From Mytilus trossulus (lineage: Eukaryota), in NCBI RefSeq assembly GCF_036588685.1, contig NC_086386.1:60698001-60762000 (forward strand): a stretch of DNA of 64,000 nt, in the 5' to 3' direction. The position numbers and the translations under genes are program-made. The notes below the pieces were generated by a model. It ran no database searches. It saw only the letters and a program-made list of their open reading frames with translations, and was not told where the DNA came from. Each line of letters opens with the position of its first letter. Position 1 is the stretch's first letter. Below are positions 1 to 13,332 of the stretch, in pieces.

Positions 1-526
1 ATTGTTGGGTGCGGTTTAATTCTAATATATATACACGTAAATGCCTATATTTATATAAGCAGTATACTGGAAAAGAGATTCAAATTCATGGGTAAACAAG
101 CGCATACATTTTTTTTATTATTGAATAGATCGATATTACATATGTATTCCATCACCTGGAGGAGTATACAGATTTATATTTAAGCACCTGATGAAAATAA
201 CTGGTTGCTTGAATGTTCTGCAAAATATTACTTTCTCGTCATATTCGTAGTATACATTATTAAAAAAGCGACAAAATATTGTCTCAATACATAAGGAAAT
301 AAAGTGTTAAAAATAGCATACACACGTGAACATAAATTGTGACTGCTATGAAATTGGATATGAAATTGACACAGAAGTGACCACCTCTGAACATAAAATT
401 TTGACAATGGATATTTATGATTTTTATAAAACAGGTAATTGAAAAATAATCATAACTTATATAAAATCTGTTATTTTTTATGAAATTTCGTCACCTACAT
501 CTAATTAAAACATTTTACAAATATAC

Positions 527-3113
527 CTGAATATACCAATTCTGTATTATTATTTGAACAATGATTTCTTCCCCATCTTATATATGTTGTTCCAATGCCT
601 AAAATCAGAAATGTATTACAAATGCAAATTCAGAAATAAAGTGAATAGAGCCTATGTTTTGTCTACAATTTTCAAGGAGACATTTATGAAGTAAGAATAC
701 CATAATACATTATAAATATCGTGTGGAGTTAACACAAAGATTAACTATTCATGTTATCGTGTAACCACATTACACGTTGACTTAAAAATCTGATGAGGAA
801 TTATTGAAAGCATAACAAAAACATAGAGTATGAGGAAAACTTTTTATCAAATTTATAATTTTCTTCTATGTTGTTAGTATTACAGTCGTAGGCCATAATA
901 TTTGTAAATTGAACAATTTGACTCCTTGAAATATTTGAGATGACATAATTTTTCAAATGTTTTGCTATTTTTGTTGTAGGGAATTAAATAGCCATACAGA
1001 CCAGCGGGGTTTGGTGCAGTTTTTTTCATAAAAAAAAACACAAAAAATATGCTAGAGAACAAACGGCAATATCTCTTACCAATCCGTATAGACTCAGCGG
1101 TGAAGACAACATATGGAAATATTTCTTTGATTCACTCAAACTGTATCTATAATATTAACCCTTACGTATCTAGCTTCAGATGCCGATTCAGGATTTTGAT
1201 TAAAAAGGGGCACAAAGACAGAGTCATGAGTTAAACTTTATGTCTTAACAATATATTTAGCTCTTTAAATCGCGTTGTGTATATATGAAAGAGGAAGGAA
1301 ATACAGTGGCAGAGTCAAACTTATAGACGGAAAATAAACTGACAACGCAATGGCTAAAAATAAAAAGATAAACAAACAATTGCAAATAATAGTACAGAAG
1401 ACACAACATCGAACACTGAAGACTAAGCAACACGAACCCCACCAAAAACTTTGGGTGTTCTCAGGTGCTCCGGAAAGGTAAGCAGATCTTGCTCCACATG
1501 TGGCACCCGTTGTGTTTCTTGTGTTATTACAAATCCGGTAAATAGTCTAATTCGGTTGGTCACATTCATTAAAAGGGAAAGGGTATTGTAGTTGTAGGAA
1601 CATATTCGATATCATCTGTGAAACGATTATTCCATAGCGGTCGACCAACTCGTGATTGCGTCCTTATAATTTACGAAGGGATGATTTCAACTTCACCATT
1701 TGGAACTCTTGCTTCCTTGTGAGTAGCAATTCTCTATCAAGGAAATCATAATAGAAAATGCAAGCACGGGAATATCGTATCAATTGGGAGATATATACTC
1801 CGTCTGCAGGTGCTGCTGGAATGTTGCTACATAGAAATGGAAATTTCATAATTGTGAAGCTGAAATCATCTCTTTTGTCGTAAGATTTATTTTCAACCAG
1901 CCCTCATTGTAAATTTCTAGATGTATGTCAAGACTTCAGACAGACTTAGCTGTATCTGTAGCATCCTTTATCTCAAGTTCGATTGGATAGATTCGTTCAA
2001 CTTAGTCACCAAATTTTGTATTATTTAGTAAGAGAACATCATCTATATCGCAAAACGTAAAGTATACGGATATTGCTAACTTCTTATATTTCTGTATGAA
2101 GTCAACATCATTATAATAAAGAAACAAGTCGGCAAGAAGAAAGGCACAACTAATTTCCATTGGAATTCCGACAGTCTGTTGAAAAACACGTCCTCCAAAC
2201 GTAACAAAAATGTGTTCAATAAAGAAACTAAGCATCTTGATAATGTCAGTTTCAGAGAATTTTTGGTTTGAAACAGAGAAATTCTTTACAAAGTAGTATG
2301 TATCCCTCCCCAAGACAAAATACTTGTTTCTACGTTCGCAATTCTTTTTAATGAAACAAAGTTATACCAACTCTTTCAATTTGTCTTTAAGTTTGGAATG
2401 AAGAATATTTGTGTAGAGTGTAGAAAATTTAAATGTTTTAAGACTATTGCAAAATGAGAGAGTCTTAGATTGTTTGTACTCTAAAAGATCTTTGGTATTT
2501 TTTAGTATCAACATCTGATTCCCGACATGTATTATTGAAACTTTCGTTAAGCCGTCTATTTATATTTTGAAATATACAAATAAAATACACCTGAAATCCC
2601 TTGTGAGTAAAAGAGAGAAAGCTTTAAAAAAGCAATTACGATAATTTACTCAATGACATGGTTAAAGTTTTAATCTGGCTCTGCATGTTTCTGGTATTCA
2701 CTCTAAATATAAAACAATATGATCATTTAGCAAATTTGTTTTTATAGAATACAGCAATCAAGAACGAATATGATATTTGACTTACTGTGAAAAATGCTAT
2801 ATGAGTTCTGCAACAGTTTGATAGTCTGTTCCTGTTTTAAAATTAACTCATCGTGTTGCTGGATTGATATGTTCTGTTGATGGATTAATGTCTGATGTTG
2901 TTGATTGAGTTTTTCTTGATTCTGAATTGTTAAAGCTTGTTGTTGGTTCTCAGTAGAGAGCTGTTTCACTGTTGCATTCAATATAGCAACAATACTTTCC
3001 ACTCGACTCAACCGATTAATCAGCACATCTGGGTCATTTAGCAGTAACCTCTTGTCTTCTGTGGTGACCAGATTTACCTTAAAATAAAGAAAATATATTA
3101 ACAACAAAATCAT
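527..3113 (-). CDS. Paralog A (partial; exon 3 lies before the window): secreted coiled-coil + short-chain collagen C4-like domain protein. Exons 2786-3113 and 527-598
   Basis: ATG at 3113 gives MILLLIYFLYFKVNLVTTEDKRLLLNDPD and a Gln-rich coil; donor CAC A|gtaagt at 2785. The 72-nt exon 2 (IGTTYIRWGRNHCSNNNTELVYSG) has AG/GT boundaries and is homologous to the other copies. Confidence 0.85.
1288..2520 (-). mobile_element. Degenerate Penelope-like (Naiad-type) retroelement: RT fragment + 3' UTR (family 1)
   Basis: Remnants FVTFGGRVFQQTVGIPM..ADLFLYY..IDDVL and FPFLCSNIPAAPA.GVYISQLIRYSRAC; many frameshifts; lies in intron 1 of paralog A. Confidence 0.8.
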
Positions 3114-3149
3114 GGTTAGAAGAATGTTATTACCTATGAAGACATAAAG

Positions 3150-3200
3150 TGACACAGTTTGTATCTTATCATTCACGATTTAGAAAAGGTCACAAATGGT
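3150..3200 (-). promoter_or_regulatory. Conserved upstream module of the array genes (TGACCT-like motif + GATAAG); copy at paralog A
   Basis: GATAAG (plus-strand cttatc) at 3165, 9942, 15552, 31405, 39188, 53397 and 59848; same 52-nt offset from the ATG in A, C, D, F and G. Confidence 0.55.
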
Positions 3201-4837
3201 CTCAGGTTTACATAATAGATATCACGTTTTTAAATCGAGATTTGTAAATATGATAGTTGTTTCATCGTTTGGCTAAATTTTGATATTTTGGTCAACAAAT
3301 TACTGTCTTACATAATAAAAATAAGCAAAAGAAAAAAAGCACTTCGTTATCCAGAAATTTTGCATACAAGATTTAAACAAATTTAAAATGGAATGATACA
3401 GATAATTTGTAAAAAAACCTATTATGTCAAAAACGAAGTCATGTTTTCGAGAAAAACACATGATTGGATACGCCAAATCGCCTGGGTTTAATTTAGTGTT
3501 TGAGTTTCAATGTTCCCATTCTTAATAAAATTCTTTTAATGGGAAAAATCTGTCCTAAATTGAAAAAAGTGTATGATAAAAAGACAACACAATATTATAC
3601 TTAGATTTACCCATCTAATTCATATTCATATTTGAATAAGCAATACATACTTCCGCACGTTGATGGTGTCTGTGCACTCCACTTTTGCTTCTTAAAATAT
3701 ATTAATCGAGAAAAAAAAAATTAAGATGCATTAAAATATAAATAAGGCCTTAACATGCAATAGCAAGAAATAGTTTACCATCAACTTGTTTATTGGAGTT
3801 GCAATGTATTATAAGAATGCATTCGATCGGTCAACTCTCATTTGAATAGGAAAGACTCGTCAATCTAAAACATGTCTTAATTTTGGTGCAATACACACAT
3901 CCTTTATGTCGGTAGGTGATCGTTACATATTTTGATCGTTTTCGGCAGTTGTTTTGAAAATTTCACAAAATCTCGACTTAGTATTTTGTTAAACAGAACG
4001 TGCATGCTCTTTTTGTTCCAAGACTGTGAACATATGTTCACGAAAATGACTGTTTAGCTGAGTGCCAATTCGCATTGCCATACGACCTGTCACGATAGTT
4101 GTTAGATATTGTAAAATGTCTAATCGTATATTTATTCGTATGTAAAAGTAAAGCTTATTTCTAAGGTTTTAGTTCAGAATACGTAAACTATTGTTTAACA
4201 GTTTGATTTAGAAAACAAATACTGACATAGCAAGTTAATACATTGATTATCTTATTACTAACACAATTCTATATTATTATTCTTATATTCTTATATATAT
4301 ATTATAAAATATATAAAATGACATTGTTACAAACTTGATTTTGAACAGAATAAAATATTCAAAAAATCAACCTGTGACGTCATTTTTACATGTTCGTTTG
4401 AAATACCTGGTTACCATGCCCAAATGTCCTATTATATTATTTGTTAGTGTATTTCTCTGTGCTGAATGTTCTTGCATTTATTTGTACTGTATTCTTGCAT
4501 GTAATGGTGTCATTTTAGTGTATATTTTACAATGCCATAAAAGTGCGAAGTTTGGTTATGCTCAAAACCAGATTAAACTCACTATTTGTTCTTAAACTGT
4601 CCTGTATCAAAACCGGAAAATGGCAGTTGTTATCTTATAGGTCATTGCTGTTTGTGAGTGTGTTGCATTGTCGTTTGATTCTTGGTAACTTCAGTATTTC
4701 TGTTGTTTCGTTATTTTTCTCTTATAGTTGATGTGTTTCCCTCGGTTTTTGTTTGTAACACGGATTTGTTTTAGTTTCAATCGATCTATGACTTTCGCAC
4801 AGTGGTAAACTTCTGTTGCCTTTATTTCTGTGTAGTA

Positions 4838-5435
4838 AAAGAAGAGGGACGAAAGATACCAAAGGGACAGTCAAACTCATAAATCCAAAACAAACTAACA
4901 ACGCCATGGCTAAAAATAAAAAAAAAGAAAAACAGACAAACATTAGAACACATGACACAACATAGAAAAATAAAGAATAAACAACACGAACCCCACCAGA
5001 AACTAAACGTGATCTCAGGGTAAGCAGATCCTGCTCCACATGTGGCACCCGTAGTGTTGCTTATGTGAAAACAAATCCGGTAAATAGTCTAATTCGGTAG
5101 GTCACATTCCTGAAAAGGAAGTGGATTGTAGTTACGACGTAAGGAGCATATCCGATATCATTTGTGAAACGGTTATTCCATAACGGTCAACCAAACTCGT
5201 GATTGCGTCCGTAAAATTTACGAAGGGATGATTTCAACTTCACCATTTGGAACTCATGGTCCTTGTGAGTAGCAATCCTCTATCAAGAAAATCATGATAG
5301 AAAATGCAAGCATGGGTATATCGTATCAATTGGAAGATATATACCCGGTATGCAGGTGCTGCTGGAATGTTGCTACTTAGAAATGGAAAGTTCACAATTT
5401 AAAAGCTGAAATCATCTCTTTTGTCGTAAAGTTTT
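4838..5435 (-). mobile_element. 5'-truncated copy of Penelope-like family 1
   Basis: Collinear with about 1290-1880 and 41289-41850. Confidence 0.75.
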
Positions 5436-7199
5436 GTAGTAAGAGTGATAAAATACACAATTTTGGAACATTACTGTAGCGTAAACCACAGAAAAAGGAA
5501 CAGAACTTTTCTCTAAAACAGCATAAGTCTGGCACCATTCAACGATAACAGAAGTTCTATGATAAGTGTTTTGCAAAAGAAGACACAGCATGTGAAACAG
5601 AAAATAAAACATAAAACACTTTTTAAACCGTGTGTGTTCAAAATGTGTGGTTTGTTTTTAGAATATCGTGATTTAGAAACGCTTCAATTCAAAAAGGTTG
5701 AATGGCAAAGATATGTACGTATCAGCTGTGGACGTACACATCTATATAAAAAGTCATACAATCTAGGATACAGTATTGAACAGTGATTCTAACAATTGAA
5801 AAAAAGCATGGTAATCGGTGAAACAAAACCGAGGATAATAACATAAGACTAAACAATGGTGTCAGACTGTAGCGAAACATAACAACTAGACTTTAAGCGC
5901 ATTACTTATATTTATCATGTATTGTGCTTGACGAATGAAAGTTGAACTTTAATAAATTCAGAGTGTTTATTGCAGTCAAATTCCAGTTATGTAAAACTAC
6001 TTTTTTAAATGTTCCAGTCTAGAATCCACAACCCACATACTGTTCATATACAAAAATTAACATTATAAACAACTCCATGTTCTACGTCACTAATCTGCAA
6101 GTTTAAAACTTGAATGTGAAAATGTGTAACACAAATAAAGTTTCAAATTGCAACAATGTCAATAATCAGCGAATGTCGTCAATAATTCGAACACTTTTGT
6201 CATAAAAATTAAAATATTATGTTTTTTTCTATTACTGTTGAGATAAGTTGTTATGTTAAATTACATTACTTTACTCCAAGCGATCTATTATTGTTGACCA
6301 TGCGAAATTTATTTCCGCGTACTGGTAATCAGTTTGCGATAATTTTTTTTAAACTTTCTATAAATATTATTACGTGGGCCTCAAAGATAAAATAATTAAA
6401 ACTGATATATTTCAAATAAAAAATTAATGCAATTAATGTGAGTTTTTCTGCTTTTTGAATCAAAAACTATATACGAAACTGATTGCAGAATGACGAAAAC
6501 AACTGTTACTTACTGAAGCTCGCATTACACCTGTTTTTTAATTCTGCTGAAATTTGATTACTCTAAACAGTTATTATCTATGTATATATCGTATCTATTG
6601 AATTTGTCTGTATGTGAAAAGTAAAATAACAAAAATAACAAATTCCGACGAAAATTCAAAACGGAGAGTCCGAAAAACATGTTTTTTTCAGTGTTCTACT
6701 TTCTAATCACTCATATGTTGTAAATGTGAAATTAATGTATACGATGAAATACACGTTTTTTTTTAGAAAATTCACCTTAAATGTTAGTAATTTTTTCTAG
6801 TGTTGGTCAGATAAAATCGTCTCTCATTTGTGATACATCACTTAATATGTTGTGATATGTTGTGATATTCATGGCCGATATACATCATCTCTTTAATCTT
6901 ACTGAATATGCATAAAATATTTGCCACTGGACATTATGCTTTCAATATTCAATCAATCAACTCTTATATATAATGATTTTTTTTTTACTTAAGACCATTA
7001 ACAACTTGTCATATTGAATTCGGGCTCGTCTATAAAAAAAAAGTGTACATGTGTGTGCGTGTGTTAATCTGTTTATGATCATGACGAATGAATGTAGCAT
7101 ATAAGACCAGTGCGTTATTCGACATTCCTTAAGCTAGCAGTCAATTTTATATTCAGACGTTACAAATAGTAAGATTGTTGGTGGTATGAAAAAACTTAT

Positions 7200-7268
7200 A
7201 TTTAATTTAATTTAATTTAATTTAATTTAATTTTACTTTATTTTATTTAATTTAATTTAATTTAATAT
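7200..7268. repeat. (ATTTA)n microsatellite
   Basis: Tandem tttaa pentamers. Confidence 0.9.
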
Positions 7269-7743
7269 AATTATACGGAAGTGTAAGTGATTCCTTCTCA
7301 ACATGTGACACCTGGTTTTTTTCTAAGCAAGTAAAAGTTTACTCGGGCAAATTTTATTGGAACATAAAGATATCTAAGCTTTAATGGTCAGGTTCAACAG
7401 TTTTAGATCGAATTGTTATTTTTAGTACATGTTGATAAACAGACTGGCACTCAAGAGTTCTAAGGATTTTCTACTGATAAAATCTGTATCTTAAGATACC
7501 GGAAATCTCGTCGAATCTACTTGGTCAGCTAATGTCACAATTTATAAATTAACTTCATAGTTGCTTTTATATTTTCTCAAGCGTAGGGGAAGAATGGGTA
7601 ATGAAAGTATAGATTTACCTAAGTTCGAAGTGCGACAAGTTTTAACGACAGGTAAGGTTCATTTTGCTATGCATTCAGAGTCATGGAAACTATAGTCATA
7701 CACATATCTCATACCTTATTTTATTTTATTGTCATTTATTATA

Positions 7744-9908
7744 TTACTTAGAACAAACTACACATGTCAGCGGATAATTGTTAATGTACGGTGGACATTT
7801 CAAAGATCCGCATACAGTAACAACGTCATAAAACAGTTTACCATAATGTTGAGCCGCACCTCCAATAACGTATTCTGGGTTTATATCAATGCATTCGTAA
7901 GTCGAAGCAGCGGCATTTTAATAACCTCCTGACGATAAATATCCATAATACTCTCTCTTCCATCCGCTGTAACATCTATCTTTTCCAGGAATCATTATCA
8001 CAGAAGTAGCTCGAGTCGTTCTACATAGTGCACATGGAACATCTTGACCATCAGCATAAGAGGAAAAAAAGTTATTATCGAATTCTCCACCATATATTTG
8101 AGCACTATTTGTACCTCTAGTTTTTAAATAATTTGGATCTGGTGGTAAACACACACTCTCAGATGCCGAGCCCGATACACCATAGTAACCCCCACCAGCA
8201 TATCCTGTAAAAAAGTATCTCGATATACATTCCAGTTGATGCATATCACATGTATTAACATATACGTATGGCACCAAATCAGTCATGCATGTAAGTCACA
8301 AAAAAATTAAAGTTTCCTGTCAGTGCAGCTAACGAGATAAGATTTTCAATCTATACGAAACTGCTGGTATATAATTATTTCTAATTGTGTACAGTGAAAA
8401 ACAGTTAAAACACAAAAAAGATTGACAAAGCAAATAAATAGCGCAGCCTGTAGTAGTTTAGAGTTGTGGCTATCAAAATAAAGGTACCAACAGGCAGTAT
8501 TATATTTGGAAAATCTTTTTACAATAGTGGTTGTAGTTTATAGATTTAGTTCATAAGTGTTTTCTCGTTTCTTTTTCTTTTATGTATATACAGTTGGTTA
8601 TCATGTTTAACTGGATTTACACTAGTCTTTTTTTTTTTTTGGGGGGGGGGGGGGTCCTTCATAGCTTGCTGATCGGCGTGAGTCAAGGCTCCGTGTTGAA
8701 GGCGGTTCTTTGACCTATAATTGATTTCATTTACAAATTGTGACTTGGTTGAACAGTTCTTTCATTGGCACTCATACCACATCTTCTGTCAACTGGTTAG
8801 TTATACGATAAGGGAAATTCAATTTTAAGAAACTTGAAATGAATAATATGTTAAATAAAATTAACTTCTTTACCTGAGTAAACCAATTCTGTATTATTTT
8901 TTGGACACTGCTTTCTTCCCCATCTAATATAAGTTGTTCCAAATTCTGAAATCAATGCAATGTTTGCTTGCTGATTATGGTAAATTTTTAATTAAAATAT
9001 TTTTGGAGAAAAAGTTAAAGTTCGAATTTGATTAACAACTTTTAAAAAAAATCTATTTCGGTCATATTTTACGAGATTTACAATAGAGCTAAGAAATATT
9101 TTGAAAAATAAATGTTAAGAAATTGTGTTTGAGTTCATAATAAACATTAGATATATTAAGTTTTAAATGACACTTAAGTTTGCAGAAAAATATATACAAA
9201 ATATTGTAAACACTCGATGTGGCAAATTATCGCAAATCATGTCAACTAAAACACGCTTGACATATCCTAAGCCTTTAATAATATGCATCGGAAAATATGT
9301 ATTACGAAAATATTTGACTTTGGCTTATTATATTTCATATCATATGTTTTGAAGTTTTAAAATAACGTCAGCAACAACAACAAAAAAGAATGCCTTGCTA
9401 TCTTTCTAAAACGTTTCACATAATTAATCCTGCGATGGATTTAATTTTTTTCTTCGAAGAAAAATGACACAAGAGTCTTACCTTGAGAACTGCTAAATGA
9501 CCCTTGTAATTGTTTGATTGTCTGCTCGTGTTGTTGGATCAATGTTTTTTTATGCTGGTTTGATGTCTGTTCTTGATAGATTGATATTTGTTGTTGATTG
9601 ATTAATGACTGTTGTTGTTGCGTTAACGTCTTCTGTTGTTGAATTGATGTCTGATGTTCAAGGATTGATGTCTGTTGTTGCTGAATTGTTTTCTCTTGCT
9701 GTTGAATAGTCAATCCCTGTTGTTGATTTTCAGTAGATAACTGTTTTACAGTAGCATTTAATATTGCAACAATATTTTCTACTCGGTTCAAACGATCAAT
9801 TAGTATGTCTTGGTCATTAATCAAAAACCTCTTCTCTTCCAAAGTGACCATGTTTACCTTAAAACAGAGGAAATAATATAAGCAGACAAATCTACTTAGA
9901 TGCACCAT
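7744..9908 (-). pseudogene. Paralog B, single premature stop. Exons 9482-9908 (or 9953), 8874-8945, 7744-8204
   Basis: Canonical GT-AG sites, both introns phase 1. Exon 3 is full length (461 nt) but has an in-frame TAA at 7918-7920 (SGGY*NAAASTYECID...CVVCSK*). The ATG used by the other copies is AGA (9893); upstream ATGs exist at 9908 and 9953. Confidence 0.85.
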
Positions 9909-11914
9909 GTTTGCTATTATATAATTCAACATAAACTGGTTCTTATCATTCATAAGTTATAAAAGGTCACAAAGTGTCTCACAATGTTATCATGTGTACG
10001 CCAACATGTACGTTAAAGAATCCCGATATGTATATGTTGGTCTTGTGCTGTTAGCTTTTCTTTAGTCGGGTTGTTGTCTCATTTTCCGTTTTCATTCTCT
10101 GAATATATGACTTATAATTACCAGATTCTAAATATTTCGTGAATTGTTGATGCTGCCAAAACAAGGAGGAAACGACATTCGGAATGTGTCTTACCCCTTG
10201 TTTTGGCAACACCTTTCATATCCAAATCCAAAAAAAAAATCATTTTTTTTAAATGATGTCATAGGTACCCCTTTCCTTTTAAAAATGTCTAAATCAAAGT
10301 TTTAATTTTGGGTACTACATGGTCTATGTATGATTTACGGGCGTTTTCTTTCGGAAATCTGAAGGTATATGAACAGATGTGAGAGGTTTTGTCAATGATA
10401 CAGATAGTAAATGTATACATATTCATGACATGTTACTTTAAAATTATAAAACAAAATTGTACTCTCAATCTCTTTCCCACTTGTTTTTATGGCGATGTCC
10501 CTTGCCACCATCTCACTGCATTTGTATACTCTTAATCATAACGAATTCGCTGTACCCATGTCTGAATTGATGTTATTGGGATTTAACATGTTTAATGAAG
10601 GTAATCTATGTATTAACCAAAAATCATTTAGTCACGGATTTCGTTTTCACATATTTCTTAAAAATCTAAACTAAATTCTTCCATATATGCAACGAGTTTG
10701 TTGAAAACTATGACTTAACCAGTAGAAAAAATAAATTTGTAACGCGATGAGCTGTCTAAATCCATCTACAATACGTTGTTTATAAGCCTCAAATTAACAT
10801 ACGATCTGGGTAAACTCATCGATACAAATTGGTGGTCTTCGGCTGTTGTCTGCGTTATCGTCAGTTTGTTGTCTCTTTGATACATTCCCCCATACCCATT
10901 CTCAATTTTACATTATCGTATTTCTATATCGTAAACGACAAGTTGAAAAAGTGATATATGTTTTAAAACGTTATTCCAAAAGAGCAGATTTGTTTCAACC
11001 TATCTCATAACACTAAATTGAATTGGCTTTTTTAATTAAATATTATTTTAATATTTCAATTTATATTGATAGCATTTTTTCAAATGTTTTTTTTTTCATT
11101 TTAAAACCAAAAAAAGACAACAAAAAAAATTATTTATTACCTGACAACACCGCACAGATATTTAGGAATCGAATAACTAAAAAGAAATCATTATTGCCAC
11201 AATATAAAAGTCTGAACAAAATCACATATGATATAAATTTAAAAATCAAAACATTCAGATCCTGTCCGACATGTGCCATCCGTCGTGTTATACGTACAAA
11301 CCGAGTGATAAGTCTAATTCTACATGCCAAATTCGTTGAAAAGGAGAACGGAATTTTGTTAACGGCATTGTTACGTCGTCATCTTTGAAACAGAAATTTT
11401 AAAAATAGTCAACTACGTTGTAGCTTGGGATGGCGTCGTTTATTTTAATTTTTTTGAAGGGATGACTTGCATCTTAAGTACTTGGAGCTTGTTATTATAA
11501 AATTATGAAACACGAAGCCTGTATTATCGTAACACATGGGAGATATATACTCTATAATTATTGACTTTAGATTTTAACGACTCTGACTGATCAAGTGATA
11601 ATTCAAACAAAACGTACTATTTCGCAGCTCTCGGTTCACATTTGTTGATTAACATTTCATAAGACTGATCAGGTAAATGAAATTATTATTTACCTTGTGT
11701 TAATTTATAATATTGAGAATGATATTTGAATAGCGTAAAAACCATGTATACCAGCTTTCCACTGAAGTAAAAAAATATTCTAAAAGAAATAATCAGTCAT
11801 ACTTTGCATTATTAAAATTGTTGTTTACGCTACATGTTTATTTCTTTGGGATACTTACTATATGGTATATTTTGACAATAGTGAACAAAAAGGTGAAACA
11901 TGCTACACACAGGA

Positions 11915-13095
11915 ACAAGTGATCACATTCGTGAGTTTCTTAATTGACAACATATTTGTTGAATATTGAAGTAGAATTTTCAACAAATTGGTGGCATTCC
12001 TATTGGAACGAACTGTTTACATTTCCTTGCCGACTTCTTCTTATTTGCATATAGGTATGAGTTTCTTCAAACACTTGGAAAAAAGGTGGATTGAAATGTT
12101 ATGTCATTTTATTTCACATTTAGAAAAGTTGATGATGTTCTTGCCATTAATAATCTGAACTTTTCTGATTGTTTTCGGATAACATATTTCCAATTTCTAA
12201 AACTAAAAAACACGTTGCCCGCCTCATTTTTAAACTTAAATCTAGAATTAGAAAATACACGCTCATCTCAGTGCCTGAATATATGACAAACGAGACTATT
12301 TCAATTTTGAAACTTTTCAATTTCCCAAAACTAAGTACATAATATCAACTTCACCTGCATATTGGATATACATGTTCGAACTTATTCGGAATTTAGCTGC
12401 TATTCATAATTTGTAAAACATCACCAATATTTGAGCAAAAGGTAAAGAGCCAGGGGTTTGTCAAAGAACATTTAGTCCTTTTTTTAAAACAAAAAGTCAT
12501 CGAAAGGTTCCAAGACCTTGTTGACCCGATGGTCTTGAAGAATAGAGTCTGATAACTGACGTTGTTAATCATCATTATAACGTGTTGAAATATTTCCTGT
12601 GAAAAGTATTTCAACTGTTTATTCAATATTCGGTGATAATAATTTGACGGGGCTCTGTAATTCACCCGGTCATTAGGTTATTTTGCTATGGTATTTTTGA
12701 GATTATTGTCTTTTTTCTTACGAGCTTTCTTTATATGCCAGTGTGTGTCTCGTTGTCTCAAATTTGTTTGTTTGTATAGTAATTGAGATCATATCACAAC
12801 GTTCACTGCTGTACCCATATTGAGACATTTTTACGTCATTTTTATGTCATTGTTTTGATCACACATTATTGTCAATATAATGGAATGTTATGCGACTGTC
12901 ACACAAGTAAGAGGTTTATCTAGTTATAAAACGAGGTGCAAACCCCAATTGTATCTTACGAAAATACATGTACCAAGTCATGAATATGACTATTGTTATC
13001 CGATAGCTTTGTTGTCTTTTAACCTTTGATTTTGCCATTTAAAAAGAGACTTTTCGTTTTTAATTTACCTTGGAGCATTTTTTTTATTTCACTTT
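11915..13095 (+). mobile_element. Degenerate Penelope-like RT fragment + 3' UTR (family 2)
   Basis: FLIDNIFV..QQIGGIPIGTNC..LADFFLFAY..FRKVDDVL; the C-terminal part matches 36016-36150. Confidence 0.75.
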
Positions 13096-13332
13096 CTAAG
13101 GATGGTTTTTAGAAATGAATCGTCATAATCATTAGTCATATGCCTCAACAATTGTTTCCAAAAAAACCAGATATTAAAACCTTTTATTCCGGTATTCAAA
13201 CGGAAAACACATGGAAGGTTCGTATACTGTAATGAGACTACCTTTATCGGCTATAATTGTCAAGACGTGATTTAAAGCATTCATTTAACTAACGAGTAAA
13301 TATATATTTTATTATTCCTTTCTTGTCATCTA

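Noticed and set aside
3075-3100. Minus-strand TTTTCTTTATTTTAAG|GT looks like a splice acceptor, implying a further upstream exon
   Set aside because: The segment is conserved as protein (WLIYFLCF) with an in-frame ATG, and in paralog C the AG falls in a different position (FSV), so it is better read as signal-peptide coding.
4722-5048. Recurrent hydrophobic ORF MPHVEQD...GGVRVVYSL (also 41287-41511 and 52121-52348)
   Set aside because: Translation of the T-rich 3' UTR of Penelope-like family 1; recurrence reflects repeat copies, and starts are GTG.
8628-8654. T13-G14 homopolymer run
   Set aside because: Lies inside a common interspersed repeat; probably slippage or sequencing inflation.
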